Part shown: positions 56,445 through 64,000 of the stretch, one piece after another
Numbering within the stretch: position 1 is the first letter of the stretch
Layout of the letters: each line of letters begins with the position of its first letter
Assembly: GCA_963827655.1 (NCBI GenBank)
Contig: CAWHCF010000049.1
Coordinates: forward strand, 96,001-160,000
Origin: an uncultured Acidobacteriota bacterium
Lineage (GTDB): Bacteria; Acidobacteriota; UBA6911
Length of the DNA stretch: 64,000 bases
Reading direction: 5' to 3'
The notes under the pieces: model-generated
The model's database searches: none
What the model was told of the DNA's origin: nothing
The model's input: only the letters and a program-made list of their open reading frames with translations
Translations under genes and position numbers: made by a program

Positions 56445-56522
56445 ATGAAGGCAGCGTTTCAGGGATGGTACTGGTACTGGCTCCCGGGATCTGGAGATGC
56501 CCGGGGACTGTCCACTGCCTAA
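56445..56522 (+). CDS. trpL: trp operon leader peptide MKAAFQGWYWYWLPGSGDARGLSTA
   Basis: 25-codon ORF with TGG TAC TGG TAC TGG, upstream of the terminator and trpE. Confidence 0.85.
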   Translation: MKAAFQGWYWYWLPGSGDARGLSTA

Positions 56523-56549
56523 CCTCTGAAACTAAGAGATCGAAGACGC

Positions 56550-56590
56550 GGCCGTGGACGACCTAGAGGCGTTCACGGCTTTTTTGTTTT
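56550..56590 (+). terminator. Attenuator terminator hairpin with U-tract
   Basis: GCCGTGGACG (56551-60) pairs with CGTTCACGGC (56570-79), followed by TTTTTTGTTTT. The 5' arm can instead pair with GTCCACTGCC (56510-19). Confidence 0.85.
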
Positions 56591-56602
56591 CATTAGGTCG
56601 AG

Positions 56603-58087
56603 ATGATTCAACCGTCGCTGGAGGAAGTCGAAGAGTTAGCGGCTCGGTATACAGTAATCCCGGTACGCCGGGATATCCTGGGAGACCTTCTGACTCCTGC
56701 CGCAGCGTTTCTTCGGGTAAATCAAGGGCGCAGGCGGGTATTCCTGCTCGAAAGCGTGGAAGGCGGGGAGCGTCTGGCCCGGTACTCCTTCGTGGGGTGG
56801 GATCCTTTTCTGGTAGTCCGGGCCAAAGGAGATTCACTCACTTTGGAGGAGATGGGTGAGACCGCGCGGGAGACAGGGAAACCGCTTGAAAAACTTCGCG
56901 CCCTGGCCAGGCAGTTCAGGCCCGCCACCTTTCAGGATCTTCCTCCCTTCGCCGGGGGGGGCGTCGGGTATTTCGCTTATGACCTTGTCCGGCAATTTGA
57001 AAGGCTGCCGTCGATCACACCGGACGAGCTGCAACTGGACGACCTCCACATCATGTATTTCTCGACGATTCTCGCCTTCGATCACCTGAGACACCGAATT
57101 CACATTATCGCCAATATCTTCCCCAACCGGGGCAGGCAGAGTCTGCAAGCCAAGTATCAGGACGCATTGCTGCGTCTCAACCAGATTGAAACGCGGCTGA
57201 CGGCACCCATTTCACTCCCGGCTCCACTCGCTGCGAGCCGGATTCCGGACCCGGCTTCGAATCTCACCGAAGATCAATACGACGCGAATGTCGAGAAGGC
57301 GAAGGACTACATCCAGGCCGGAGATATCTTCCAGGTGGTTCTGTCTCAGCGCCTCGCGATGCCTATCGAATGTGAGCCTTTTGATATTTACCGGGCTTTA
57401 AGATTCATCAACCCCTCGCCCTACATGTTCTTTCTCCGGATGGACGATCTCTACCTTGCGGGCGCCTCTCCTGAAATGCTGGTGAAGGTGCGAGACGGGA
57501 AGGTTGAATACGGACCGATCGCGGGCACGCGGCCCCGGGGAAAGACGCCGCAAGAGGATGCTCGCCTGGCAGAGGAACTTGTCCGGGACGTGAAAGAGCG
57601 GGCCGAGCATATCATGCTGGTCGATTTGGGACGCAACGATCTAGGGCGGGTATGCAAGTTCGGAACGGTCAAGGTCACGGATCTGATGCGCACGGAAAAG
57701 TATAGCCATGTGATGCACCTCGTCAGCAGTGTAGAGGGGCAGCTGCCGGATGGATTGGATAGCTTTCACGCGCTCGAGGCGTGTCTCCCGGCAGGGACCG
57801 TGTCGGGCGCCCCTAAGGTGAGGGCTATGGAAATCATTGAAGAATTGGAGCCGTGCCGACGGGGAGTTTACGGCGGGTCGGTAGGGTATGTGGATTTCTC
57901 AGGTAACCTCGATACCTGTATCGCGCTGCGCACCCTGGTCATCAAGGACGGCACGGCCTACATCCAGGCGGGTGGCGGCATTGTCGCCGACTCTGATCCG
58001 GTGCTCGAGCGCGAGGAATCCTGGAATAAGGCGAAGGCGCTGATCCGGGCCGTGAAATTCGCCCATGAAGGGCTGAAGATGAATTGA
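56603..58087 (+). CDS. trpE: Anthranilate synthase component I
   Basis: FLLESVEGGE, GDIFQVVLSQR, PIAGTRPRG, AEHIMLVDLGRND, GTVSGAPK. Confidence 0.95.
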   Translation: MIQPSLEEVEELAARYTVIPVRRDILGDLLTPAAAFLRVNQGRRRVFLLESVEGGERLARYSFVGWDPFLVVRAKGDSLTLEEMGETARETGKPLEKLRALARQFRPATFQDLPPFAGGGVGYFAYDLVRQFERLPSITPDELQLDDLHIMYFSTILAFDHLRHRIHIIANIFPNRGRQSLQAKYQDALLRLNQIETRLTAPISLPAPLAASRIPDPASNLTEDQYDANVEKAKDYIQAGDIFQVVLSQRLAMPIECEPFDIYRALRFINPSPYMFFLRMDDLYLAGASPEMLVKVRDGKVEYGPIAGTRPRGKTPQEDARLAEELVRDVKERAEHIMLVDLGRNDLGRVCKFGTVKVTDLMRTEKYSHVMHLVSSVEGQLPDGLDSFHALEACLPAGTVSGAPKVRAMEIIEELEPCRRGVYGGSVGYVDFSGNLDTCIALRTLVIKDGTAYIQAGGGIVADSDPVLEREESWNKAKALIRAVKFAHEGLKMN

Positions 58088-58354
58088 CGATTGACGATTT
58101 ACGATTGACGATTTAACGAGTACGGGAGATTCGTCAATCGTCGATAGGGTATACGAGGATCGCTAGCGTAGCCTGCAAGCGCTAGGTTTGTGGAACGGCG
58201 CGGAAAATTGGCAGCTGGCGCGGACAATGTCAAGGGTAGTCGTGAAATGCGGCACATGGATCAATTGAGAATGGCGAATCGAATCGTCAATCGTCAATCG
58301 TCAATCGTCAATCGAGAAGGTGTTTCAATCGTCAATCGTCAATCGTCAATCGAA
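58081..58354. repeat. Inverted GATTGAC/GTCAATC heptamer-array element between trpE and trpG
   Basis: Same architecture as 37156-37340. Confidence 0.85.
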
Positions 58355-58918
58355 ATGATTCTCGTCATCGATAACTACGATTCTTTCACCTTCAATCTCG
58401 TCCAATACCTTGGGGAGATGGGACAGGAGTTGAAGGTATTTCGGAACGACGCTCTCACTGTCAATGATATCGAAGCGATGCATCCCGATCGTATCGTGAT
58501 TTCGCCCGGACCGGGTCGTCCGGAGAATTCGGGTATAGTGGTGGAAGCCATAAAGAGAATGGCCGGCAAGATTCCTATCCTGGGAGTATGTCTTGGACAC
58601 CAGGCGATCGGGGCGGCTTTTGGAGGACAAGTGATACGGGCTCCGTCCATCATGCATGGCAAGACGAGCCAGGTATTCCATGACGGCCGAACTATTTTCG
58701 CCGGGTTAAAGAACCCCTTTACCGCCACCCGCTATCATTCTCTGGTGGTTTCGCCCGAAGGGCTACCGGATTGCCTGGAGGTGGCTGCCCGAACTGACGA
58801 TAGTGTGATCATGGGATTGAGGCATCGGAGATTTCCGGTGGAGGGCGTGCAGTTTCATCCGGAATCGATACTGACTGAGGAAGGGAAGAAATTGCTGTCG
58901 AATTTTGTCGCCGGCTGA
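58355..58918 (+). CDS. trpG: Anthranilate synthase component II (glutamine amidotransferase)
   Basis: [31 protein letters not shown]; true start at ATG 58355. Confidence 0.93.
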   Translation: MILVIDNYDSFTFNLVQYLGEMGQELKVFRNDALTVNDIEAMHPDRIVISPGPGRPENSGIVVEAIKRMAGKIPILGVCLGHQAIGAAFGGQVIRAPSIMHGKTSQVFHDGRTIFAGLKNPFTATRYHSLVVSPEGLPDCLEVAARTDDSVIMGLRHRRFPVEGVQFHPESILTEEGKKLLSNFVAG

Positions 58919-58952
58919 ACGGCGCCTGTAAGAGGAGCGAAAGCCCGGATTC

Positions 58953-59804
58953 ATGATTAACTCAGGGAAGATCTTAGGTTACGAAGTGCCTCAAGCCATA
59001 AAAGGGACGATTCTGGAGCAGATCGTCGAGACCAAGCTTCACGAAATCGTGGGAGCGAAGCAGAAGTTTCCTGCGGCTTCGCTCCGAATGGCGATGGACC
59101 GTGCTCCCGTAGTCCGTTCATTCAGGAAGTCGATTCTGCGAAGTTCGCCGGCGCTGATCGCCGAGATCAAGAGGCGATCACCCTCGGCAGGAATCCTCCG
59201 CCGGGACTTTGATCCGGCGGGAATCGCGCGGGAGTATGAGGACTCAGGCGCCGCTGCGATTTCTGTCGTCACGGAAGTAAAGCATTTTTCCGGTGGGCTT
59301 GAAATTCTGGCGATGCTGCGTTGGCAATGCAAGATTCCGCTGCTCCGGAAGGATTTTCTGCTCGACCCTTACCAGATCCTGGAGGCGCGCCACGCCGGTG
59401 CCGATGCCGTGCTCTTGATCGCGGCGCTTCTGGACGCCTCGTCCTTGCGCAAGATGCGAGAGGAGGCGGAAGGCATCGGCATGGAAGCATTGGTTGAGGT
59501 ACACGATGAAATTGAGCTGGATCGAGCGCTGGAATCGGGTGCCGTGCTGATTGGTGTGAACAATCGCGACCTTCGCACCTTCGAGGTTTCACTCGAAACT
59601 TGTTTCAGGCTGGCCGGGCGCTTGCCCGGTAACGCCGTTCCCGTGGCTGAGAGCGGAATCCGCAGCGCCGACGATGTCCAGCGGCTGATGGATGCCGGAT
59701 ACAGGGGGTTTCTGATAGGGGAGCAGCTCTTGCGGGCACCTTCGCCCGGGGCCGCTCTTTCGAAATTGTTTCCAAGGTCCGCCGCAAGCCGGAGAGCTTC
59801 GTGA
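58953..59804 (+). CDS. trpC: Indole-3-glycerol phosphate synthase
   Basis: IAEIKRRSPS, LRKDF, LVEVH, GVNNRDL, AESGI. Confidence 0.95.
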   Translation: MINSGKILGYEVPQAIKGTILEQIVETKLHEIVGAKQKFPAASLRMAMDRAPVVRSFRKSILRSSPALIAEIKRRSPSAGILRRDFDPAGIAREYEDSGAAAISVVTEVKHFSGGLEILAMLRWQCKIPLLRKDFLLDPYQILEARHAGADAVLLIAALLDASSLRKMREEAEGIGMEALVEVHDEIELDRALESGAVLIGVNNRDLRTFEVSLETCFRLAGRLPGNAVPVAESGIRSADDVQRLMDAGYRGFLIGEQLLRAPSPGAALSKLFPRSAASRRAS

Positions 59805-60427
59805 AAGTCAAGGTCTGCGGGATAACCAGCTATAGCGATGCCGCATTCGCCCTTGATCAGGGCGTTGACGCCCTGGGTTTCAATTTTTACCCACGGAGCC
59901 TGCGCTACATAGATCCGGCCAAGGCTCGCTCGATAATCGGGCGCCTGCCCCCTTTTGCTACCACGGTCGGACTGTTTGTCAACGAAGAGAATCCCGAAGC
60001 GGTGTGCGAGGCGGCGCGCCAGGCCGCGGTCAAGGTCTTACAGTTTCACGGCGACGAATCACCATCCTACTGCCGTTATTTCGCATCCTGGCCCCTGATC
60101 AAAGCCCTGCGGCTGGATCGGGCATCCGTCGCGAGCGAACTGCGCGAATACCCGGTCCATGCCTTCCTGCTCGATTCCAGAGATGATGCTCTTTTCGGAG
60201 GGACTGGCAAAACGTTCGATTGGTCCCTGGCCGAGCTAGTCAAGGGGATTCGGCCCATTGTCCTGGCGGGCGGCTTGAAACCCGAGAATGTGGGCGAAGC
60301 TATTCGGGAGGTCCAGCCTTACGGCGTAGATGTGTGCAGCGGCGTGGAGAGCGCTCCGGGGAAAAAAGACGCCGGAAGATTGATCGACTTCATGAACGAG
60401 GTAAGAAATGCAGTCAAAAGTCCATGA
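59801..60427 (+). CDS. trpF: Phosphoribosylanthranilate isomerase
   Basis: [34 protein letters not shown]. Confidence 0.95.
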   Translation: MKVKVCGITSYSDAAFALDQGVDALGFNFYPRSLRYIDPAKARSIIGRLPPFATTVGLFVNEENPEAVCEAARQAAVKVLQFHGDESPSYCRYFASWPLIKALRLDRASVASELREYPVHAFLLDSRDDALFGGTGKTFDWSLAELVKGIRPIVLAGGLKPENVGEAIREVQPYGVDVCSGVESAPGKKDAGRLIDFMNEVRNAVKSP

Positions 60428-61664
60428 CCACATGGTTTCGCCGGGTCCTGATGCCCGCGGGCGCTACGGTCCTTATGGAGGAAGGTTTGTTCCCGAAACT
60501 CTCATGGGGCCGCTTCAGGAGCTGGAAGAGGCCTATGCGAAGGCAAGGGAGGATCCATCGTTTCAGGCCGAGCTGGAAGCGCTATTTCGTACCTACTCGG
60601 GACGGCCGACGCCCCTCACCTTTGCCCGCCGCCTCTCGCAGCACCTGGGCCGCGGTCGAATCTATCTCAAGCGTGAAGACCTGAACCATACCGGGGCTCA
60701 CAAGATCAACAATGCCCTGGGCCAGATCCTTCTCGCCCGCCGCATGGGAAAGACTCGCATCATTGCGGAGACCGGCGCCGGTCAGCACGGGGTTGCTACG
60801 GCAACGGTAAGCGCGCTCTTCGGCATGGAGTGTGAAATCTACATGGGGACGGAGGACATGCGCCGCCAGGCGTTGAACGTCTTCCGCATGCGCCTCCTGG
60901 GAGCAAAGGTAACTCCGGTTCATTCCGGCAGCCGGACCCTGAAGGACGCCATCAATGAGGCGATGCGGGATTGGGTGACCCATGTGGCGCGCACTCATTA
61001 CCTGCTTGGTTCGGTTCTGGGCGCTCACCCATACCCGTGGATGGTTCGAGATTTCCAGTCGGTCATCGGCAAGGAGACACGCAAGCAGATCCTGCATGAA
61101 GAACAGAGGCTCCCCGACCTCTTGCTGGCCTGCGTTGGAGGAGGGAGCAACTCGATCGGACTCTTTTACGACTTCCTGGGCGAACCCGGCGTGCGCATGG
61201 TCGGGGTCGAGGCCGGCGGCCGCGGCCCGGCCCTGGGAGATCACGCGGCGCGCTTCTCCGCTGCCAGGACCGGAGTCCTCCAGGGTACATTGAGCTATGT
61301 CCTGCAGGACGAAAACGGGCAGATTGCCGGCACCCACTCCATTTCCGCGGGGCTCGATTACCCGAGCGTGGGGCCGGAACATGCTTACCTCCATGACATC
61401 GGCAGGGTCGAGTACACATCGGTTACCGACGAACAGGCACTCGAGGCATTTCAACTTTTAAGCCGGCTGGAAGGGATCATTCCCGCCCTCGAGAGCGCTC
61501 ACGCTATTGCGGAGCTGGTACGGCTTCGAGACACGCTGGAAAAAGACGCAGTGGTGGTGGTCAACCTTTCAGGCCGCGGCGACAAGGATGTCAGTCAGGT
61601 CGCCGAGCTTCTGTCGATTGCGGATTGCGGATTGAACAACAAGGAATCGCGGACTGCGGATTAG
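60408..61664 (+). CDS. trpB: Tryptophan synthase beta chain
   Basis: [34 protein letters not shown]. Confidence 0.97.
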   Translation: MQSKVHDHMVSPGPDARGRYGPYGGRFVPETLMGPLQELEEAYAKAREDPSFQAELEALFRTYSGRPTPLTFARRLSQHLGRGRIYLKREDLNHTGAHKINNALGQILLARRMGKTRIIAETGAGQHGVATATVSALFGMECEIYMGTEDMRRQALNVFRMRLLGAKVTPVHSGSRTLKDAINEAMRDWVTHVARTHYLLGSVLGAHPYPWMVRDFQSVIGKETRKQILHEEQRLPDLLLACVGGGSNSIGLFYDFLGEPGVRMVGVEAGGRGPALGDHAARFSAARTGVLQGTLSYVLQDENGQIAGTHSISAGLDYPSVGPEHAYLHDIGRVEYTSVTDEQALEAFQLLSRLEGIIPALESAHAIAELVRLRDTLEKDAVVVVNLSGRGDKDVSQVAELLSIADCGLNNKESRTAD

Positions 61665-61723
61665 GCGCCAGTCGCTACCGATTTTATTTCAATCCGCAAT
61701 CTGAAATCCGCAATCCGCAATCG
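61616..61723. repeat. Inverted GATTGCG/CGCAATC heptamer-array element at the trpB-trpA junction
   Basis: gattgcggattgcggattg ... aatccgcaatctgaaatccgcaatccgcaatcg. Confidence 0.8.
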
Positions 61724-61737
61724 AGAAACGGACCACT

Positions 61738-62538
61738 TTGATGCGAGCCATCGGTCGAAAATTCGAGGAACTCAAAAATAACGGGAAGAAAGCCTTTATT
61801 CCGTTCATCACCGCGGGCGATCCCGATCTCGAAACTACCGTCCGGTTGGTCCTCGAGCTGGAGCGCGCCGGGTCGCACGTGGTAGAGCTGGGGATTCCGT
61901 TTTCCGATCCGCTCGCGGACGGGCCGACGATCCAGCGCTCCTCAGAGCGGGCGCTGCGCCATGGGTATGGCCTTGCGGACTACCTGCAGGCGGTAACAAG
62001 CATCCGGCGCCACACCTCGATCCCGCTGGTTCTCTTCAGCTATTTCAACCCAATCCTTCAATACAGCTTGGAGCGGCTCGCAAGCGACGCGCGGGCCGCC
62101 GGAGTGGATGGCATTCTGGTTACGGATATGACTCCCGAGGAGGCGGACGATTACTGTTCCGTTCTGGAGCGGCACGAACTCGATCCGATATTCCTGGTTG
62201 CTCCTACCAGCAGCGCCGAGCGGGTCGGCCGCATCGTGCAGCGCGCCCGCGGATTTGTCTATCTGATCTCACGCACGGGCGTGACCGGCGAGCGGGAGAA
62301 TTTTTCGGAATCGGTTGCTCCCACTCTGCGCCGCGTGAGAGAGCGCACCGGGCTTCCGGTCGCGGTCGGATTCGGCATCTCCACTCCCGAGCAGGTGAGG
62401 GCCGTGTGGGACGTCGCCGAGGGTGCAGTCGTGGGTAGCGCGATCGTAGCTCGAATAGAGAAGCTGGCGGGATCAAGCCAACTGCCGGCTCAGGTGGGAG
62501 AATTCTGCAGGTGGCTGACAGAGGCGCGGAATGGCTAA
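61738..62538 (+). CDS. trpA: Tryptophan synthase alpha chain
   Basis: ELGIPFSDPLADGPTIQ, GVTG, VGFGIS, VVGSA. Confidence 0.96.
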   Translation: MMRAIGRKFEELKNNGKKAFIPFITAGDPDLETTVRLVLELERAGSHVVELGIPFSDPLADGPTIQRSSERALRHGYGLADYLQAVTSIRRHTSIPLVLFSYFNPILQYSLERLASDARAAGVDGILVTDMTPEEADDYCSVLERHELDPIFLVAPTSSAERVGRIVQRARGFVYLISRTGVTGERENFSESVAPTLRRVRERTGLPVAVGFGISTPEQVRAVWDVAEGAVVGSAIVARIEKLAGSSQLPAQVGEFCRWLTEARNG

Positions 62539-62854
62539 ATCCGAAAAGCAGCCGGAGATCAGCGATTGGCGCAGTCGAATCGATGAGCTGGACCTGGATC
62601 TGGTTCGAATGCTGAATGAGCGGGCGCGCTGCGCAATCGAGATCGGAAGAATCAAGCGGAAAAGGAAGATGCCGATTTACGACCCGAGACGGGAGGAAGA
62701 AATCATCCGAATGGTGGTCGAGCACAATCCGGGACCACTCGACAGCGAGGGGATCCGTCGTTTGTTCGAGCGCATCATCGATGAATCGCGGCGCATCGAA
62801 CGAGTCACTGCGGACTCGACCACCAAGACGCAAAGACACCAAGACTCAGAGTGA
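62531..62854 (+). CDS. AroQ-type chorismate mutase
   Basis: RSRIDELD...LNERA...IGRIK...YDPRREEEI. Confidence 0.9.
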   Translation: MAKSEKQPEISDWRSRIDELDLDLVRMLNERARCAIEIGRIKRKRKMPIYDPRREEEIIRMVVEHNPGPLDSEGIRRLFERIIDESRRIERVTADSTTKTQRHQDSE

Positions 62855-62910
62855 AACTCTTTGCTGACGCCCTCGGCGTCTGTGCGGCAGTCAAGCGAAA
62901 GGAAATGGCA

Positions 62911-63921
62911 ATGGTCATCGTCATGCAGCGAGGCGCAACCGAGAATCAGATCCAGCAAGTGATCGACCGGTTGATCGGAGATGGTTTCGACGTCCATCGG
63001 TCGACCGGAGTTGAGCGGACGGTCCTTGGCGTTGTCGGAGGAAAGATCGTCGACACGCGAGACTACGAGCTTCTGGATGGGGTAAAGGAGGTCGTACGGA
63101 TCACTCAACCGTACAAGCTGTCGAGCCGCACCTTCAGACTGGAAGGGACCGTCGTGGACGTGGGCGGGATCAGAATCGGGGGCGATGATGTCGTTGTCAT
63201 GGCCGGTCCGTGCACGGTCGAAAGTCAAGAGCAGGTCGAGGCCGCAGCGGAAGCGGTGCGGAAGTCGGGCGTCAAGATCATGCGCGGCGGGGCCTTCAAG
63301 CCGCGCACTTCGCCCCATAGCTTCCAGGGGATGGGCGAGCAAGGTCTCAAGCTGCTGCACGCGGCGGCGCGCCGCCAGGGAATGTATGTGGTCTCGGAGG
63401 TCATGGATCATACTCAAATTCCGATGTTCCTCGAGTATGCCGACATACTGCAGGTGGGCGCCAGAAACATGCAAAATTTCAACCTGCTCAAGGAACTGGG
63501 AAAGGTCCGGAAACCGGTTCTGTTGAAGCGAGGAATGTCGGCGACCATTGAGGAGCTTCTCCTGGCCGCGGAATACATCATGACCGGGGGTAACCACGCG
63601 GTTATCCTGTGCGAACGGGGTATTCGCACCTTCGAGAGTTCGACGCGCAACACCCTGGATCTCTCCGCCATACCCGTGGTGAAAAAGCTGAGTCACCTCC
63701 CCATAATTGTCGATCCGAGCCACGGGACCGGACGCAGGGACAAGGTCGCGCCCATGGCGCGGGCCGCAGTGGCAGCGGGAGCCGACGGGCTATTGATCGA
63801 GGTTCATCCCGATCCCGACAAGGCTCTGTGCGACGGCGCCCAGTCGCTGCTTCCGGAGCAGTTCGGCCATCTGATGGACGAACTGCATCTGATCGCCTCG
63901 GCCGTCGGGCGTTCACTTGAT
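62911..63921 (+). CDS. aroF: 3-deoxy-7-phosphoheptulonate (DAHP) synthase, type I-beta with N-terminal regulatory domain
   Basis: Not in the ORF track. My translation gives MVIVMQRGA...MAGPCTVES...RGGAFKPRTSP...GARNMQNF...CERGIRTF...DPSHGTG...AVGRSL. The frame stays open to the window end; a TGA lies one base out of frame at about 63918-63920, so the end is approximate. Confidence 0.92.
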
Positions 63922-63949
63922 GGCTACCAGGGGCAGTCTAACCATCTAC

Positions 63950-64000
63950 GTCATCAGTCATTGGTCATTGGTCATTTGTCATTTGCTACGAACGACCAAT
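63950..64000. repeat. GTCATTG heptamer array, with the start of its inverted copy at the window end
   Basis: gtcatcagtcattggtcattggtcatttgtcatttg ... gaccaat. Confidence 0.7.

Noticed and set aside
58190-58354. N-terminal extension of TrpG ([11 protein letters not shown]) in the ORF track
   Set aside because: It is a translation of the heptamer array; the canonical TrpG begins [11 protein letters not shown] at 58355.

Overview
This is a GC-rich, gene-dense bacterial window; gene content suggests Acidobacteriota or a similar diderm lineage (inference). In order it carries: a Mg-chelatase-like AAA+/VWA pair; a DhnA aldolase, a HEAT-cyclophilin lipoprotein and tldD/pmbA; an approximately 15 kb metal/ion-transport block (DUF190, CzcCBA-type efflux, a NitT/TauT-type ABC pair with no binding protein, DUF4019, a histidine kinase plus sigma54 response regulator, corA); an M16 peptidase; a 16 kb DUF4159-VWA-caspase-like-TPR/gluzincin-MoxR-DUF58-BatA operon; sugar-nucleotide genes, a sulfatase, a class A PBP, ThiF, gdhA and lpxC; and a trpEGCFBA-chorismate mutase-DAHP synthase operon that lacks trpD. 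Many genes contain single-base frameshifts, most likely long-read errors. The most notable signals are non-coding or missed by the ORF track: (1) an unannotated 25-aa leader peptide with FQGWYWYW plus antiterminator/terminator hairpins ahead of trpE; (2) several -24/-12 sigma54 promoter matches, four of which have a shared paired upstream motif (GTGT(A/C)CG..., 21-22 bp apart), with one heading an approximately 170-nt highly structured RNA; (3) several families of 7-mer and 9-mer tandem repeats placed in inverted arrays at gene junctions, some of them translated as signal peptides or C-terminal tails.
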